The notes under the pieces were generated by a model. It was not told where the DNA came from. It searched no databases and was given only the letters and a program-made list of their open reading frames with translations. Below, in pieces: positions 1 to 11,648 of a stretch of 64,000 nucleotides of DNA. Positions within the stretch are counted from its first letter, which is position 1. Each line of letters starts with the position of its first letter. The stretch comes from Takakia lepidozioides (Eukaryota > Plantae > Bryophyta): NCBI GenBank assembly GCA_030704615.1, contig CM060731.1, positions 23,746,001 to 23,810,000 of the forward strand, read 5' to 3'. The position numbers and the translations under genes are program-made.

Positions 1-13
1 AGAGCTATTCACG

Positions 14-564
14 ATGGGAGTCCAACCCCATTTCTACCAATGTCTTGTGCCTTGTCCAGTTCCGATTCCCGAGGGTGAGCCCTTTTTTTTTTTGGGTCGC
101 ATGTATTGCGTGATGGAGGCAATGGACTATAGTATGGGTCGCGGACTTTTCTTTATGGAGGATGTAGTTTTGAGGGGAGGAGAGGATTCTGTGGATTTGT
201 TCCCCTATTTTGGGCCGAGGTACACCCACCGGGAGTGGCAATTATTGCAGATACACGGCCTTGGGTCCTTGATCCATCCTTACATCCTTGTTGTGAACGA
301 CAATGATGTAAGGGCAAGAAATTTGGGCCGCAAAGCCCATATTTATTGTGACGGAAACCCCGATGTGTATGGCAACGTGGCTGGGCTCATCAACAGTTCA
401 GTTACCTTACCGCCGGGCCACACCGCCAACGTGTTTTGGGATGAGCGCCATGACGGGGATAGTAGATTGGACCCTAACATTACCACTTTTGTGATGACAT
501 GTGTGCAAGGAGGACTATTAGGGCTGGAGAGGAGTTGTTTGCAGAGTATGACTTTAGGCGTTAG
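14..564 (+). pseudogene. SET-domain (lysine methyltransferase-like) gene fragment, frameshifted
   Basis: MGRGLFFMEDV (GxGLF), YGNVAGLINSS (cf. GNxARFINHS), and after a 2-nt frameshift at about 501 the frame reads CARRTIRAGEELFAEYDFRR* (502-564; cf. AxRDIxxGEELxxDY). Confidence 0.75.
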
Positions 565-929
565 CCGACTTTCATCATGTGTAAATGGACGTAGGAAGAC
601 ATTTTGTACATTGAGGTGGCTTCCTCCACCGTGTATATATATACATAGGCATTGATGTGTATTTGGATGCAGTTTTTCATGCTATATTGAAGAGAGTTTG
701 GGTGGACGTTATATGTGAATTTGGGTATTTTGAATTATATAGTGTCTCCTTCATGTGGTGAAGCAATGTATGTATTCCCCTCGTGTGTATAATGTGTACT
801 TTGGGTTTTATCTTGTATGATAATGAACAACGCCATGTATGGAAACTGATAATGACATGGTTGTTTTTGGCATCTTAGGATGCCGGCCATAACCCCACGA
901 CGTTAATTCATGAAGTTCATGATCTTGTC

Positions 930-3900
930 ATGAACCGGGATTTTGTTCCTTCGAAGGGGGGGGGGGGGGGGGGGGGACAAAAGGACCCGGCCCCGTCTGA
1001 AATGGCGGTCTCCGATGATGAGGATAACAATGACAATGGAATTATGCATGAGGATGTGGCAGCAATGGAGGACCTCTTAATGCATCAGATGGTAGATGAG
1101 GACACAGACTCTTTGAATGACATGGAAAAAGAAGCCAAAACTCCCTTATATGAAGGGGCCAAAGTGAGTAGACTTTCAACCATCTTATTGTTGCTGAATT
1201 TGCAAATCTGGTTTGGCATAAGCAATGTGGGTATGTCCGCCATAATGCGGACTATTGCAGACTACATCCTTGCCCCACATTCGAAACCGAAAATGCCACG
1301 ATCAAGAAAAGAGGCAAGAGCAGCCTTGGATGCTGTGGGGATGGGCTATAAGATTTTTCATGCATGTCCATGTGATAAAACCCTGTACTACGGAGAGGAT
1401 GCGAAACTCACCAAGTGTCCAAAGTGCAACAAAGACCTATATCGGGATGATGTTCAAGGGAAGAAAGCCCTGCGCAAGGTATACCCGCGCCACAATACAC
1501 TTGTATATTGCATTCTACCTTTTTGCAACCGCTGCAAGACGTAAGGTTTTACTTAGAGATATGAATGACACTGATTATGATATGGGGCCGACATGGGGAT
1601 GGTGCCAGAAAATGCACTACTTTCCAATCATCTCGCGACTGCAGGCACACTATCGAAGCCCCTCATTGGCAGAACTGATGAGATGGCACGCCTCGCATCG
1701 GAGCCCCCCGGGAAAGGTGTGCGGGCCACAAGATTCACAAGCATGGAGGCATACTGAAGAGATGTGGCCTTTTCTCTTGGAGGACCCATGACATGTCCGC
1801 CTCGGCTTCTCCTCGGATGGGGTCAACCCATTCTCTGTCCAGTCATGTAGTCATTCCACTTGGCCGGTGACCATGGTGAATTACAACATCCCTCCGTATC
1901 TTTCAATAAAAAAATGCCATATCATATTGGCTGCCATTGTACCGGGTGAGTGTTCCCATTTCATGCTTATTATTACTTTGGATTTTACATTAATTTTCTT
2001 CTCTTTGGCGCAATTCCGATGGAAGATTGATGAGTGACGTAATCATGTAGTAAGATGTGTCATTCATTATGAAGTATAATTAGCATGGTGGAGCATTGAA
2101 ACAATTAATGGTGTGAATGTCTCATAGGGAAAAAACAAGTGAAGACATGGACACGTACTTGCGACCTCTAGTTGATGAACTGAAGGAGTTATGGAGGGGG
2201 GTCCTGGCATTGGATGCTTCACTTGACCCTATGGCCGGACAATCTTTTCAGATGAGAGACATCTTGCTTTGGACAATGCATGATTATCCAGGTATATTAT
2301 ATTCCCCGTGAGAAACCCGCGTACATTTACTTGTCAAGGGATATTGATGAGGATTGGGATTGATTGAAGTAGCGGCGACAATCTTTTGCACCGTAGTGGG
2401 GTAGATGCACATGGAAACTTTTTGTCTTTCCTAATGTGGCGGAATGTCTACAGGACTTACTGTTTTCTCGGGGTTGAGCACTAAAAGGTACCACGCATGC
2501 CTGCATTGTAGCGATGAACTTGATGCAGAAAGCAATCTTCGCAAGATGGTGTATCCCAACTACCGCAAGTTTCTTCCTATGCGCCATCATTGGAGAAGAA
2601 GAGACAAACACTTGTTTGATGGAAAAGTGGAGTTACATCCCCCACCTGTGACACCATCCGGGCACTTTTGGTAAGACCGATGGAAGGAGGCCCATCCGGA
2701 GGGGTCCGGTGAGGTGGAGGTGCCCGGCATGAAGCGGCTTTCAATCTTCTACGAGTTGCCATATTGGGCGGTATATATTCCACAAAAACACCATCAATAT
2801 TGCTATGCATGCATGTGATATTGCATGTTTTGTATGATTTCCATTGTCACTTTCACGACAAAATAGGCGTGTAAGAATTTGTGGGTGGGGATATGTGTAG
2901 GACCTGAAGATTCGTCATCTTCTAGATCCCATGCATATTGAGAAGAATGTTTGCTTGTCCCTTTTTCGTGCTCTTCATGGCACGCCGACAAAGAAGGGAG
3001 TGGTTGCGAAAGGAGATTCTCTCGGTGTTAGAAAGGAACTTGAGGAGCAGGGTCGCATGCCCCATCTATGGGCCGAAGAAAATGGTGTGGACCCAAAGGG
3101 TGTTGTACGGTGGAAGTATAGGCGTGCACCTTGGCAATGGACAAAGGAGGAATACAAGAAAGTGATAGCCACCATAGGAGCTGTCCGAACACCAACTGGT
3201 TATGGGTCATCCCTCCGTATGAAGTTCAACGAAGACGGGGTCCATGGTTTGAAGTCTCATGACTACCACAATCTATTGTAAAGATATCTTGCCCATTGCA
3301 GTACGTGGGACATTGACTCCCGAGGTTCGCGAGATAGTCTATAGATTGGGAGCATTGTTCCAGTGGATTTGCTCCAAAGAGCTGGAGGAAGCGGACTTTC
3401 CACGCATGAAGGAGGCGGCGGTGGTTATGTGTATGTTGGAGATGCACCTTCCTCTCTCCTTCTTTGACATCCAAGTGCACTTGGTAGTGCACTTAGTGGA
3501 AGAGGCTTCGATTGCCGGCCCCGTTCATTCTCGGTGGATGTACTACCTTGAGCGATACATGAAGACTTTAAAAGCACATGTAAGACAAATGGCACACCCG
3601 GAGGGTAGCATGGCGGAGGGGTATACATTGCAAGAGGCTATGTTCTACTGCATGGAGTACTTGGCAAGGGTGGATAAGGAAGCCCCTCCGATGTGGAAGG
3701 AAGATGAGGATGTACGAACCAAATACATCGTTTTGCCCAAAAATTCAAAGAGGATAAAATTACCCATCATGGTGATTAACCAAGCGCATGAGTTCATAGT
3801 GAAGAACACCGCATCTATACATGAGTGGGAGGCAAGATACAATAATCTTGTTCAGCAACGACAGGAGGAGACGGTTGCGTGGAGGCGGAACCATGCAAGG

Positions 3901-4863
3901 GCGACTACACGCGCTCCGCGAGCAAGGGGCCGGCGTAGGAATGTGCCTTCACAAGAATTGCCCATGGAATTGCAGCCTCTAAGTTCATTCCGCCATTGAC
4001 TTCGGACTGAAGTAGAGGATAGCATTGCGAAAGGTGAAGTGGTTTTAGATTTGGTGTAAGACATTGCAAGGGGCCCCTCTCAATTTGCGACCTCATACAC
4101 GGCGGTTTGGGTTCATGGTCGTCATTTCCGTATTCGTGCTCTTGACATGAAGCGCAAAACAACGTTTGATTCTGGCTTGTGTGCCTCATATTGGCAAGAC
4201 TCCGTGTGGGGCAGGGGAGATACACATCCTACCATGAGCACACTCAACTACTTTGGAGAGCTTGAGAGCATACTCCAACTTCAGTATACAAGGCACCATC
4301 CTCTTATCTTCAAGGCAAGGTGGTTCCAACCACATCTTGTGGGGCCATCCGCAACAATAGTGGAAGACGAGTGTGGTTTCATGCGCGTCAATACAGATAG
4401 GCTCGAGTCTATTCATCGTCCCTCCGATGAGCCTTTTTCATGGCCTTCAGACATGGAGCAAGTTTTCTTCTCCGGATCAGGAAATTGGAAGGTGGTTGTG
4501 CATGCTCAGCCAAGAGGAAGACGTATCTATCATGGTCGGGGATCTATATGGGGCGAGGCAAATGCGGAGGAGGAAGAGACTGGTCATGATGACGCTGATG
4601 TTGGCCGAGGTTGGATAGAGGGGGTACAAGAGAATGATGACGCCCCGGACAATGCATCCCGGACCCTATACGATGAGGCTCCATCAAATGCAGATGTTGG
4701 AGAAGAAGATGAAGACATGGTCATTGAAACCGAGGTAGAAGATGATTCAGATGTGCCTTTTGGTGACCAGGCCATTTATGACAATGACTCTGATGAGCAA
4801 GAAGACTTGCAGCTTGATGAGGACGAAGAAGCAGCTCCGGATGATGATGTTCAAGTCGATTAG
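930..4863 (+). pseudogene. CACTA Tnp2/TnpD-type transposase, intron-containing and disrupted
   Basis: FHACPCDKTLY..CPKC; YFPIISRLQ..LMRWH; DP*HVRLGFSSDGVNPF (TGA at 1789-1791); WTMHDYP; HLLDPMHIEKNV; LKSHDYH; FFDIQVHLVVHL..GPVHSRWMYYLERYM (DUF4218-like); YFGELESIL..DECGF..DEPF (DUF4216-like). Confidence 0.92.
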
Positions 4864-5580
4864 ACACGTAATCAAAGCTACATAATAATTCTCGCACATA
4901 ACTGTACCCATCCCTTCGATTGATTGTACTTGTACATGCATGTAGCTTATTTCTATGATTGATTAATGAAAAATCCATGAAAAAAATCCTTTGTAGGTGT
5001 GGCGATCTAGGAATGATTTTAGTGAAGTTGTGACTCGAAAAGTGACTCTAGGATTGTTGAATTTTTGTACGAGGGCAAGAATGTTGGAAGACATGGTTCT
5101 TGTTCTACAAGTGCTGACCAAGACTTATCCCTGGAAACCCTTCAATCGATTTGGTTACCATGATCTCGATGCAACAGAAAGAATCTTCGAAATTGGTGTG
5201 AAAGACAACAATGTTGCCAAAGCCATTGCCAAAGCAATCTACCCTCAACCTTCTAATCCCATGGCCCTTCCCTTTTCCTTTCTTAGTGTCCCCACCCCCT
5301 CTTCTTGCCCCTTGTCATTAACAATAAGGCCGCCCGGGTTGATCACGGTCTCCCACATGCAAGATAGACCTATTATATTGTAGCACAGAAGGAGGACTAA
5401 AAAGATTTGCAACAATGGATCCATTCAGCTTGGCCTCTGCCATGACCTTTGCAATGACACAGAAAAGACAATTTTGCGATTCCCCGGAGTCGCAGATCTG
5501 TTGGGGCATCTCAATTTCGTCGCAATACCGCCGCAAGGCGACCCATGGAGGTCGCAACCCCCTGCATTTACAATATCTAT

Positions 5581-5972
5581 GATTGCGGATTTTTCCTACG
5601 CAATGATTTTTGTTTTAGCTCTATTTTGCTCTGTGAATGCAAACCCCAGACCACTACATCCATGGAAAAAATTGGACCCAAGAAAAAAACAAAAAAACAA
5701 AACAAAGAGTTTCCCTCACTCACTATTGCGGAATTCTCTATGGAGAGTGCATGAAGTTGAAAAGAACTCAACTTCGGAGTGCAAATGAGGGAAGAAAATA
5801 TGGTTTCCAGTCCAAATGATTTTTGTTCATTCCCAAAATTTGCACACGCATTGCAAACGCTGTCATTAAGCATATGGTCCAATAATTTGCACGGATGTAG
5901 TGGTGCAAGGGTCGAATTCACAGAACAAAACACAACAAAAAAAAAATTAGTATGTAGCAGCAATCCCCAATC
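5581..5972. repeat. Degenerate inverted-repeat pair with arms of about 95 bp (fold-back or MITE-like)
   Basis: 5581-5678 (..TCTGTGAATGCAAACCCCAGACCACTACATCCATGG..TTGGACC) is the approximate reverse complement of 5876-5972 (GGTCCAA..GGATGTAGTGG..ATTCACAGA..). Confidence 0.55.
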
Positions 5973-6456
5973 CTAGACCCCCAGGCAAGAGGGCACTTGC
6001 GACGCCCCAGCAGGCTTGCGACTGCGGGGAATCGCAACATCGCCATTGTTGCATTGTTGCGACGTTGGGACGTCGCAAACCCCAGCGCGAGCTGGCTCGG
6101 CCCTCCCCATGCGCCTAAGTGTGAGGGGGTGTTGTTGCGATTCCCGGGCATCGCAGCCTTGTTGGAGCGTCGCAGAGGGCACGTGCGACGCCCGGGCGTC
6201 GCAACCCCCAGCTTGCTGGCGGGTCATGCCCCAACTGCAGCGACGTACCTTAATCGCAAGTTGGCGAAGCGTCACCGGAGCGGCGCTGCAGCGACGCGCA
6301 GACGTCGCTATTTCCGGGTCAGGCGCCTACGCGCCACAACAGTCATAGGAGGGTCGTCGCGTCTGGCGCGCTCGGGGCCCTGGCGTCGCTAACCCCCCCC
6401 CCTAAACGTAGTAGTGGTTGTAGTGTCAGTCAATGGTGGGACAACTGAGGCAAAAG

Positions 6457-7790
6457 AGTGCCATGATCGCTAGGTACACTCAGGATGAGTGTAGTAGGGA
6501 GGCATTTGAGGTTTATAAGAAAATGCAACAAGAAGGGGTGACACGCAACAGGGTCACCTTCATCTGCATTCTCAAGGCTTGTGCCAACCTAGGAACCCTG
6601 GAATTGGGCAAAGAAGTCCACAGTGACATCATCAAAGCTGAGATTGTGTCAGATATAACTTTGGAGAATACACTTGTCGACATGTATGCCAAATGTGGGA
6701 ACATGAAGGATGCGCATCAAGTGTTTGAAAAGATGACTAAACAAGACGTGGTCTCATAGAGTGCCATGATCACATGATACGTACAGGATGGGTCTAGTAG
6801 GGAGGCTTTCAAGATCTATGAGCAGATGGAACTGGAAGGGGTGATGCCCAACCATGTCACATTTATTTGCATTCTCAATGCGTGTGCCAACCTTGGAGCT
6901 TGGGAAAGGGTAAAGAGGTCTATGCTGACATCCTGAAAGCTGGAATTACGTCATATGTAGATCTAGAGACTGCATTTGTAGACATGTAAGCCAAATGTGG
7001 GAGCTTAGAGGATGCGCGTGAAGTGTTTGACAGTATGGCTAAACAAGATGTGGTCTCATGGAATGCACTGATCATAGGATATGCTTAGCACGGGTGTGGT
7101 AGGGAGGCCTTGCTCCTATTGGAACAAATGCAACAGGAAGGCTTGAAGCCTAATAGTAGTACCTTCATATCTGTCTTTTCAGCATGCAGCCATGGGGGCC
7201 TAGTGGATGAAAGCCATCAGTGCTTTGATTCCTTCAAACGGGATCATGGTCTCACTGATACAGTGGAGCATTTTAGCTGCATGGTGGACCTTCTTGGCCG
7301 TGTAGGGTGATTGTATGAAGCAGAGGACTTAATTAACACATGTCAATCATGCCAGATGTTGGGGTATGGACAACCTTGCTTGGTGCCTACAGAGTTTGAA
7401 GGTGTGGAGATAGTAGAACGTGCGGCAAAGAACATTCTCAATATTGATCCGGAGCACTCTGTGGCTTATGTGCTGCTATCAAACATTTATGTTGCGGCTG
7501 GTAGGTGGGATGATAAAGCAAGGATGAGAAAAATGATGGAGGACAAGGGTATCAGAAAGGAGCCAGGGTGCAGCTACATTGAGGTTGACAACCGGGTGCA
7601 TACTTTTGTTATAGGAGACAAATTGCATCCACAAATTCAGGAAATTCATGTTGAGCTGCAGAAATTGTCTGGGCTGATGAAGGGGGTGGGATATGTTCTT
7701 GACACGCGCTTTGTGTTACATGATGTTTAGGAGGACATGTATGTCAAATGTGGGTGCATCGAGGATGCAAATGGAGTGTTTGACAGTAGA
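6457..7790 (+). pseudogene. PLS-class PPR protein (E/E+ domains, truncated DYW region) pseudogene
   Basis: LVDMYAKCG..DA..VF..M...DVVSW repeats; HFSCMVDLLGR; YVLLSNIY; KEPGCSYIEVDNRVHTF; GYVLDTRFVLHDV*; many in-frame stops and frameshifts. Confidence 0.93.
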
Positions 7791-8437
7791 AGACTGCCAA
7801 ATTCCTAATCTGTTTGTGCCCCGTTCAGCAAAGGAAAGGGCAGCTGGCAGTGTGAGTCTTTTTAACCCTTAAACGACGGACCGACCCAAATCGGGTCGGT
7901 CGTATTTATTATCCCTAGAATATCTCCCATGGTGAAAATGTCGCCTGAACAAAAATCGTAGCGGCCAGCGAGCTCTACACGCTCGACTTTACGGCGGCCA
8001 AAATGGATGTGTACAGCGCCGCCGGGGATTTTTGGAAGTGCCAGGGGGGCCTGGAATCTGAGGCCTAGGGCTTGCCACGCTGGTTGACTGAGGGTACGTG
8101 GCAGGGCAAATCGGCAAGTGGGCGGGGCATTCATGACGGGGGGTGTGCGGGGTGTCTCCCTGTCCGCTTGTGAGGACCCTGCCATGCATGTGGGGGGGGT
8201 GGCAACAGGCCCTATTTCGCGCGCTTTTGGCTTGTCTTCCCGAGGCCTCTCTTCACTCTCTCACGCGTTGTTGGCTTCCCTCACTTTTTCGCAACTTTGC
8301 TCCATCATTTGCTGCCTGCATTTGGGTGTGTGCGCGCAATATCCATTTGGCCTTCCTTTGCGTTTTGTTTTGGCTGTAGGTTTCAACATTCTTACGGAGG
8401 GTGACACCAATTCCGTTTTAGCAGGTGCTCGCCGTCG

Positions 8438-8520
8438 GGGGGCTGCTATTTCATGAGCCATGAGCCATGAGCGGCATGAGCCATGAGCAGAGTCGTAAGT
8501 GTGGAAAAAAACATGAGCAG
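8438..8520 (+). repeat. Left TIR and (CATGAGC)n subterminal repeats of the outer MULE
   Basis: CTATTTCATGAGCCATGAGCCATGAGCGGCATGAGCCATGAGC; mirrored at 34095-34165. Confidence 0.9.
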
Positions 8521-8900
8521 CACTATTTTCCGGAAATGAGTGTCCGCGGGAATAGGGTTTAGGGTGCCACGGTCATAGGGGGAGAAGGACCTCCCGATGA
8601 AGGAGGTTCGGCAATGTTATTTAGAATTATATATTGAAAGGCAATGTTTCGCGAATGGTAGGGTGGTACTGCTCTGTACAATGGGGGCCCATTTCAGCCT
8701 ACCAGCCACTTGCAAAATCCACCCACACTCCCAATCCCAAACGAAATGAGCAATGACGCATTCTGGGAACGATGGACACAGAATAGAATAAAAAGAGGGC
8801 ACAATGAGGTTTTTATTGATCCACATGAATTGCATTTGAAGCACGTCTACTGTGCTGATTGTGCCATCAAATCTTGAGCCCTGTGCCTACTGAATACAAG

Positions 8901-9463
8901 TCACGTTGTCAATGGGACTTCGACTGTTCTCAGAACTAGCTTATGAGTCATGGGGCTCCTCCATGTAAAGTCGATTGCAGCCGTTGTACCGCCCCTAGTG
9001 ATGTTCACCACAATGTCCTGCCCTTCAATCATACCACCATCGAATATGGAAATCTTCACGTTTTCGTCGTCCACACCAATGCGAATGTCCCCATACAATG
9101 GAGAAGAGGAGCGCACTCCTTGAGGAGAATAGGTCTCTCCGATGGAGTCCACCCACGTCCAGTGGCAGCAGTTCCACCGCAACAGCATAGCAGTGCGCCT
9201 TCTTCTGCATGGGTGACCGTCGTAGCTGGGGAAATCGGAATCGAGGATGCGCAGGAGCCACGGACTCCTCAGACCAAGATCGTCACCCGCTCGAAGGCGT
9301 AGTGGCCTACGATATACTCAAAAGCCACCAATGTTTCCACAATCGAACCAGTATCTTCTGTGTAATCTGTGTACCAGATAACAATGTCTCCCGATGTGGC
9401 CGAATACATTGCATAATCGATGCCTCCAAATGGGCAGTCGTCCCGGTTCCGGAAGCACGGCAT
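8901..9463 (-). pseudogene. Unknown beta-rich protein, paralog A (frameshifted), cargo of the outer MULE
   Basis: MPCFRNRDDCPFGGIDYAMY..GDIVIW..EYIVGHYAFER then LLRWNCCHWT..PLYGDIRI..IFDGGMIEGQDIVV..LVLRTVEVP; colinear with 9975-10553. Confidence 0.7.
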
Positions 9464-9974
9464 CCTTGCAAAGGAGGACCTGAGGACGACTTGGATGCAG
9501 ATGACAATGACCTTGCGGACAGCTACGAAGCCCTTAGATTTTGGAAATGATGCGAAGCGGAAGAGCAGTCCGGCCTCCAATAATGGAGCATCTGGGTCCC
9601 ACGTACCCACCGACGGAGGTGGATGAACCCATACATCTTTCTCATCAAGAAGTTATAGTTTGAGATCTGCCACCGAAGTCCATCCCCCCGGATGGAAATT
9701 CGGCGCCGCATTTACATCGAAGAGGGGATGGACTTCGTCGTGTCCAGTGGCTATCGGCCCACCTGGCAGTGAGTGCCCATAGTTTGCATGGCAGGGTAGG
9801 AAACTGAAACGGCTACATTCATGAAGCAGCCAATCTTCATCGGTCCAGGATCCTGTAGGGGGAAATTTTAATGTGCCCTGGAGTGTTTGTGAGGAATTGC
9901 AGCGTTAGCTTGAACTTTTTCCAGCCACCGCGCTGCTCCTCCTCCATCCGGGAGCTGCTGTCTCTTTTTCAAGG

Positions 9975-10553
9975 ATGTCGTGCCGCCGAAATCCAGCCGA
10001 CTGCCCTTATCATGGCCACGATTATGCTATGTTCAAACCAGAATCAAGAGACATCATTGTCTGGCTCTCTGTTTTCACAGACGCTGCTGGAATCAAGCAA
10101 GAGTCTTTGCGCGCAATGGAGTATCTGGAGGGCTATTACCGCTTTGAGCGAGGTGAGGGCGAGGGTCAATGCGGTCCGTGGGTCCTGAAAATTGTTGACC
10201 TCGATATACCAAGCTGGAAAGGGATGCCGGACAGATCACGCACGGCCTCGCTTTGGCGCTGGAACTGCTGCCAGTGGACCAGGGAGGACGGCACCGGGGA
10301 AAACTATATACGTGCAGATCACTCCGCTCTTCCAGTGTATGGAGACATTCGGCTGAGTTGCGAAGACGAATCGCACGGGCACATGAGGCCCACAATGACC
10401 TTGTCAATGTATGATGGTGGTATCATTGATGGACATGACATTGTCGTCGGCTCCAGCAAGGGCAGCAGAACGACCGAATTGCAGTTTACCTCGAGGTGCC
10501 GCAGCAGTGATGAGCTTGTTTTGAGGGGTATCGAAGTTCCGTCGACTTGGTGA
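9975..10553 (+). CDS. Unknown 192-aa beta-rich protein, paralog B (open frame), cargo of the outer MULE
   Basis: Open ORF MSCRRNPADCPYHGHDYAMF..WRWNCCQWT..PVYGDIRL..YDGGIIDGHDIVV..LVLRGIEVPSTW; amino-acid conservation with paralog A supports coding status. Confidence 0.75.
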   Translation: MSCRRNPADCPYHGHDYAMFKPESRDIIVWLSVFTDAAGIKQESLRAMEYLEGYYRFERGEGEGQCGPWVLKIVDLDIPSWKGMPDRSRTASLWRWNCCQWTREDGTGENYIRADHSALPVYGDIRLSCEDESHGHMRPTMTLSMYDGGIIDGHDIVVGSSKGSRTTELQFTSRCRSSDELVLRGIEVPSTW

Positions 10554-10809
10554 AGCCCATGTAGAAGGAGGAAGGGCTTAGTTTTGTCTGCAGTTGGTAA
10601 ATGTGAGACATCGTGTCCGATCAATAAACCCATCGTACCTCACTTCTGTGTGATTGTGTTTCATTCTGTTGAATAACTGTCGGAATTGGCCCACTGTTTA
10701 CAATTTGATGTCTCATTTCTACAATGTGTCTGTCCGGATGAATATAGCAGAGTAACCGGTATGTGAGTCATGTGTCAAGAATATACCAGAGTAACGCCAT
10801 GTCGGACAT

Positions 10810-11512
10810 TGAAATGCGGCACCGCATTTCCATGTGGGACAATGAAATGCGGTGCATCATTTCCGTCCAGGTACACGAAATACCAACACGGGTCTATAAA
10901 TTGGACAGACAACGAGGTTGGCATTGCAAATGCGGCAACGCATTTCCAGCTTGGCAATGGAAACTTCTTTTTGGACAAGGGAATGCGGTGCCGCATTTCC
11001 GTCCAACACTTCCAAAAGTGTGACATTTCCGACCAGCGCGATGGAATGCGTTACCGCATTTCCGTGAGAGGGTCTGCAAATGGACAAATTGCGATGTCCG
11101 TTCTGGAAATGCGGCGCCGCATTTCCATGTCCGTCATCGACTTTTTTTTTACAATGGAATGCGGTGCCAATTTTTGGTGATGGGCCTGCAGTTCGAACAA
11201 CGACCATCCCCAATATGGAAATGCGGCACCGCATTTTCAATTCCGCCATCTCGACCTCCTTGTTCGACCTCCTTGTTCGACCTCTGTAAGCGTGGTGGCA
11301 TCCATGCAATGAGCGGGAGAGGCCAAAACTGGCGTGTGGACAAAGGAAATTTGGAAATGCGGCACCGCATTTCCAATCGGCCGATTACTTTTTACTATGC
11401 CAACATTGAAATGGAAAATTTAGTCCCTCCCCTGTTTTTGAAATGCGGTGCCGCATTTCCAAAAGAGGTTCTTAGAGTTGCCAAAATTTTGGAAATGCGG
11501 TGCCCCATTTCT
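10810..11512. repeat. Array 1 of the 22-bp palindrome GGAAATGCGG-NN-CCGCATTTCC (about 11 copies)
   Basis: Core T of successive copies at 10815, 10848, 10931, 10984, 11047, 11110, 11160, 11222, 11358, 11444, 11496, with largely unrelated intervening sequence. Confidence 0.92.
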
Positions 11513-11648
11513 GATTTTGGGAGCGTCGTGGTTTGAGCGGTTGTGTGGCTGGAATGCACACTGGAGAGGGGTCACGAATGTCTGGCAAAATTTCCTTTAT
11601 ATACTCTGGAAGAGAATTTACATTTACAGAGACTTCATTAAAATTCTA

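Larger units (their letters stand above)
1..6416 (+). mobile_element. CACTA (En/Spm) DNA transposon, 3' portion; 5' end lies upstream of the window
   Basis: Tnp2 coding remnants at 930-4863; dense GCGAC/GTCGC subterminal repeats at about 5470-6390; terminus GTAGTAGTG at 6408-6416 (rc CACTACTAC). A second candidate terminus GTTGTAGTG ends at 6425. TSD cannot be checked. Confidence 0.85.
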
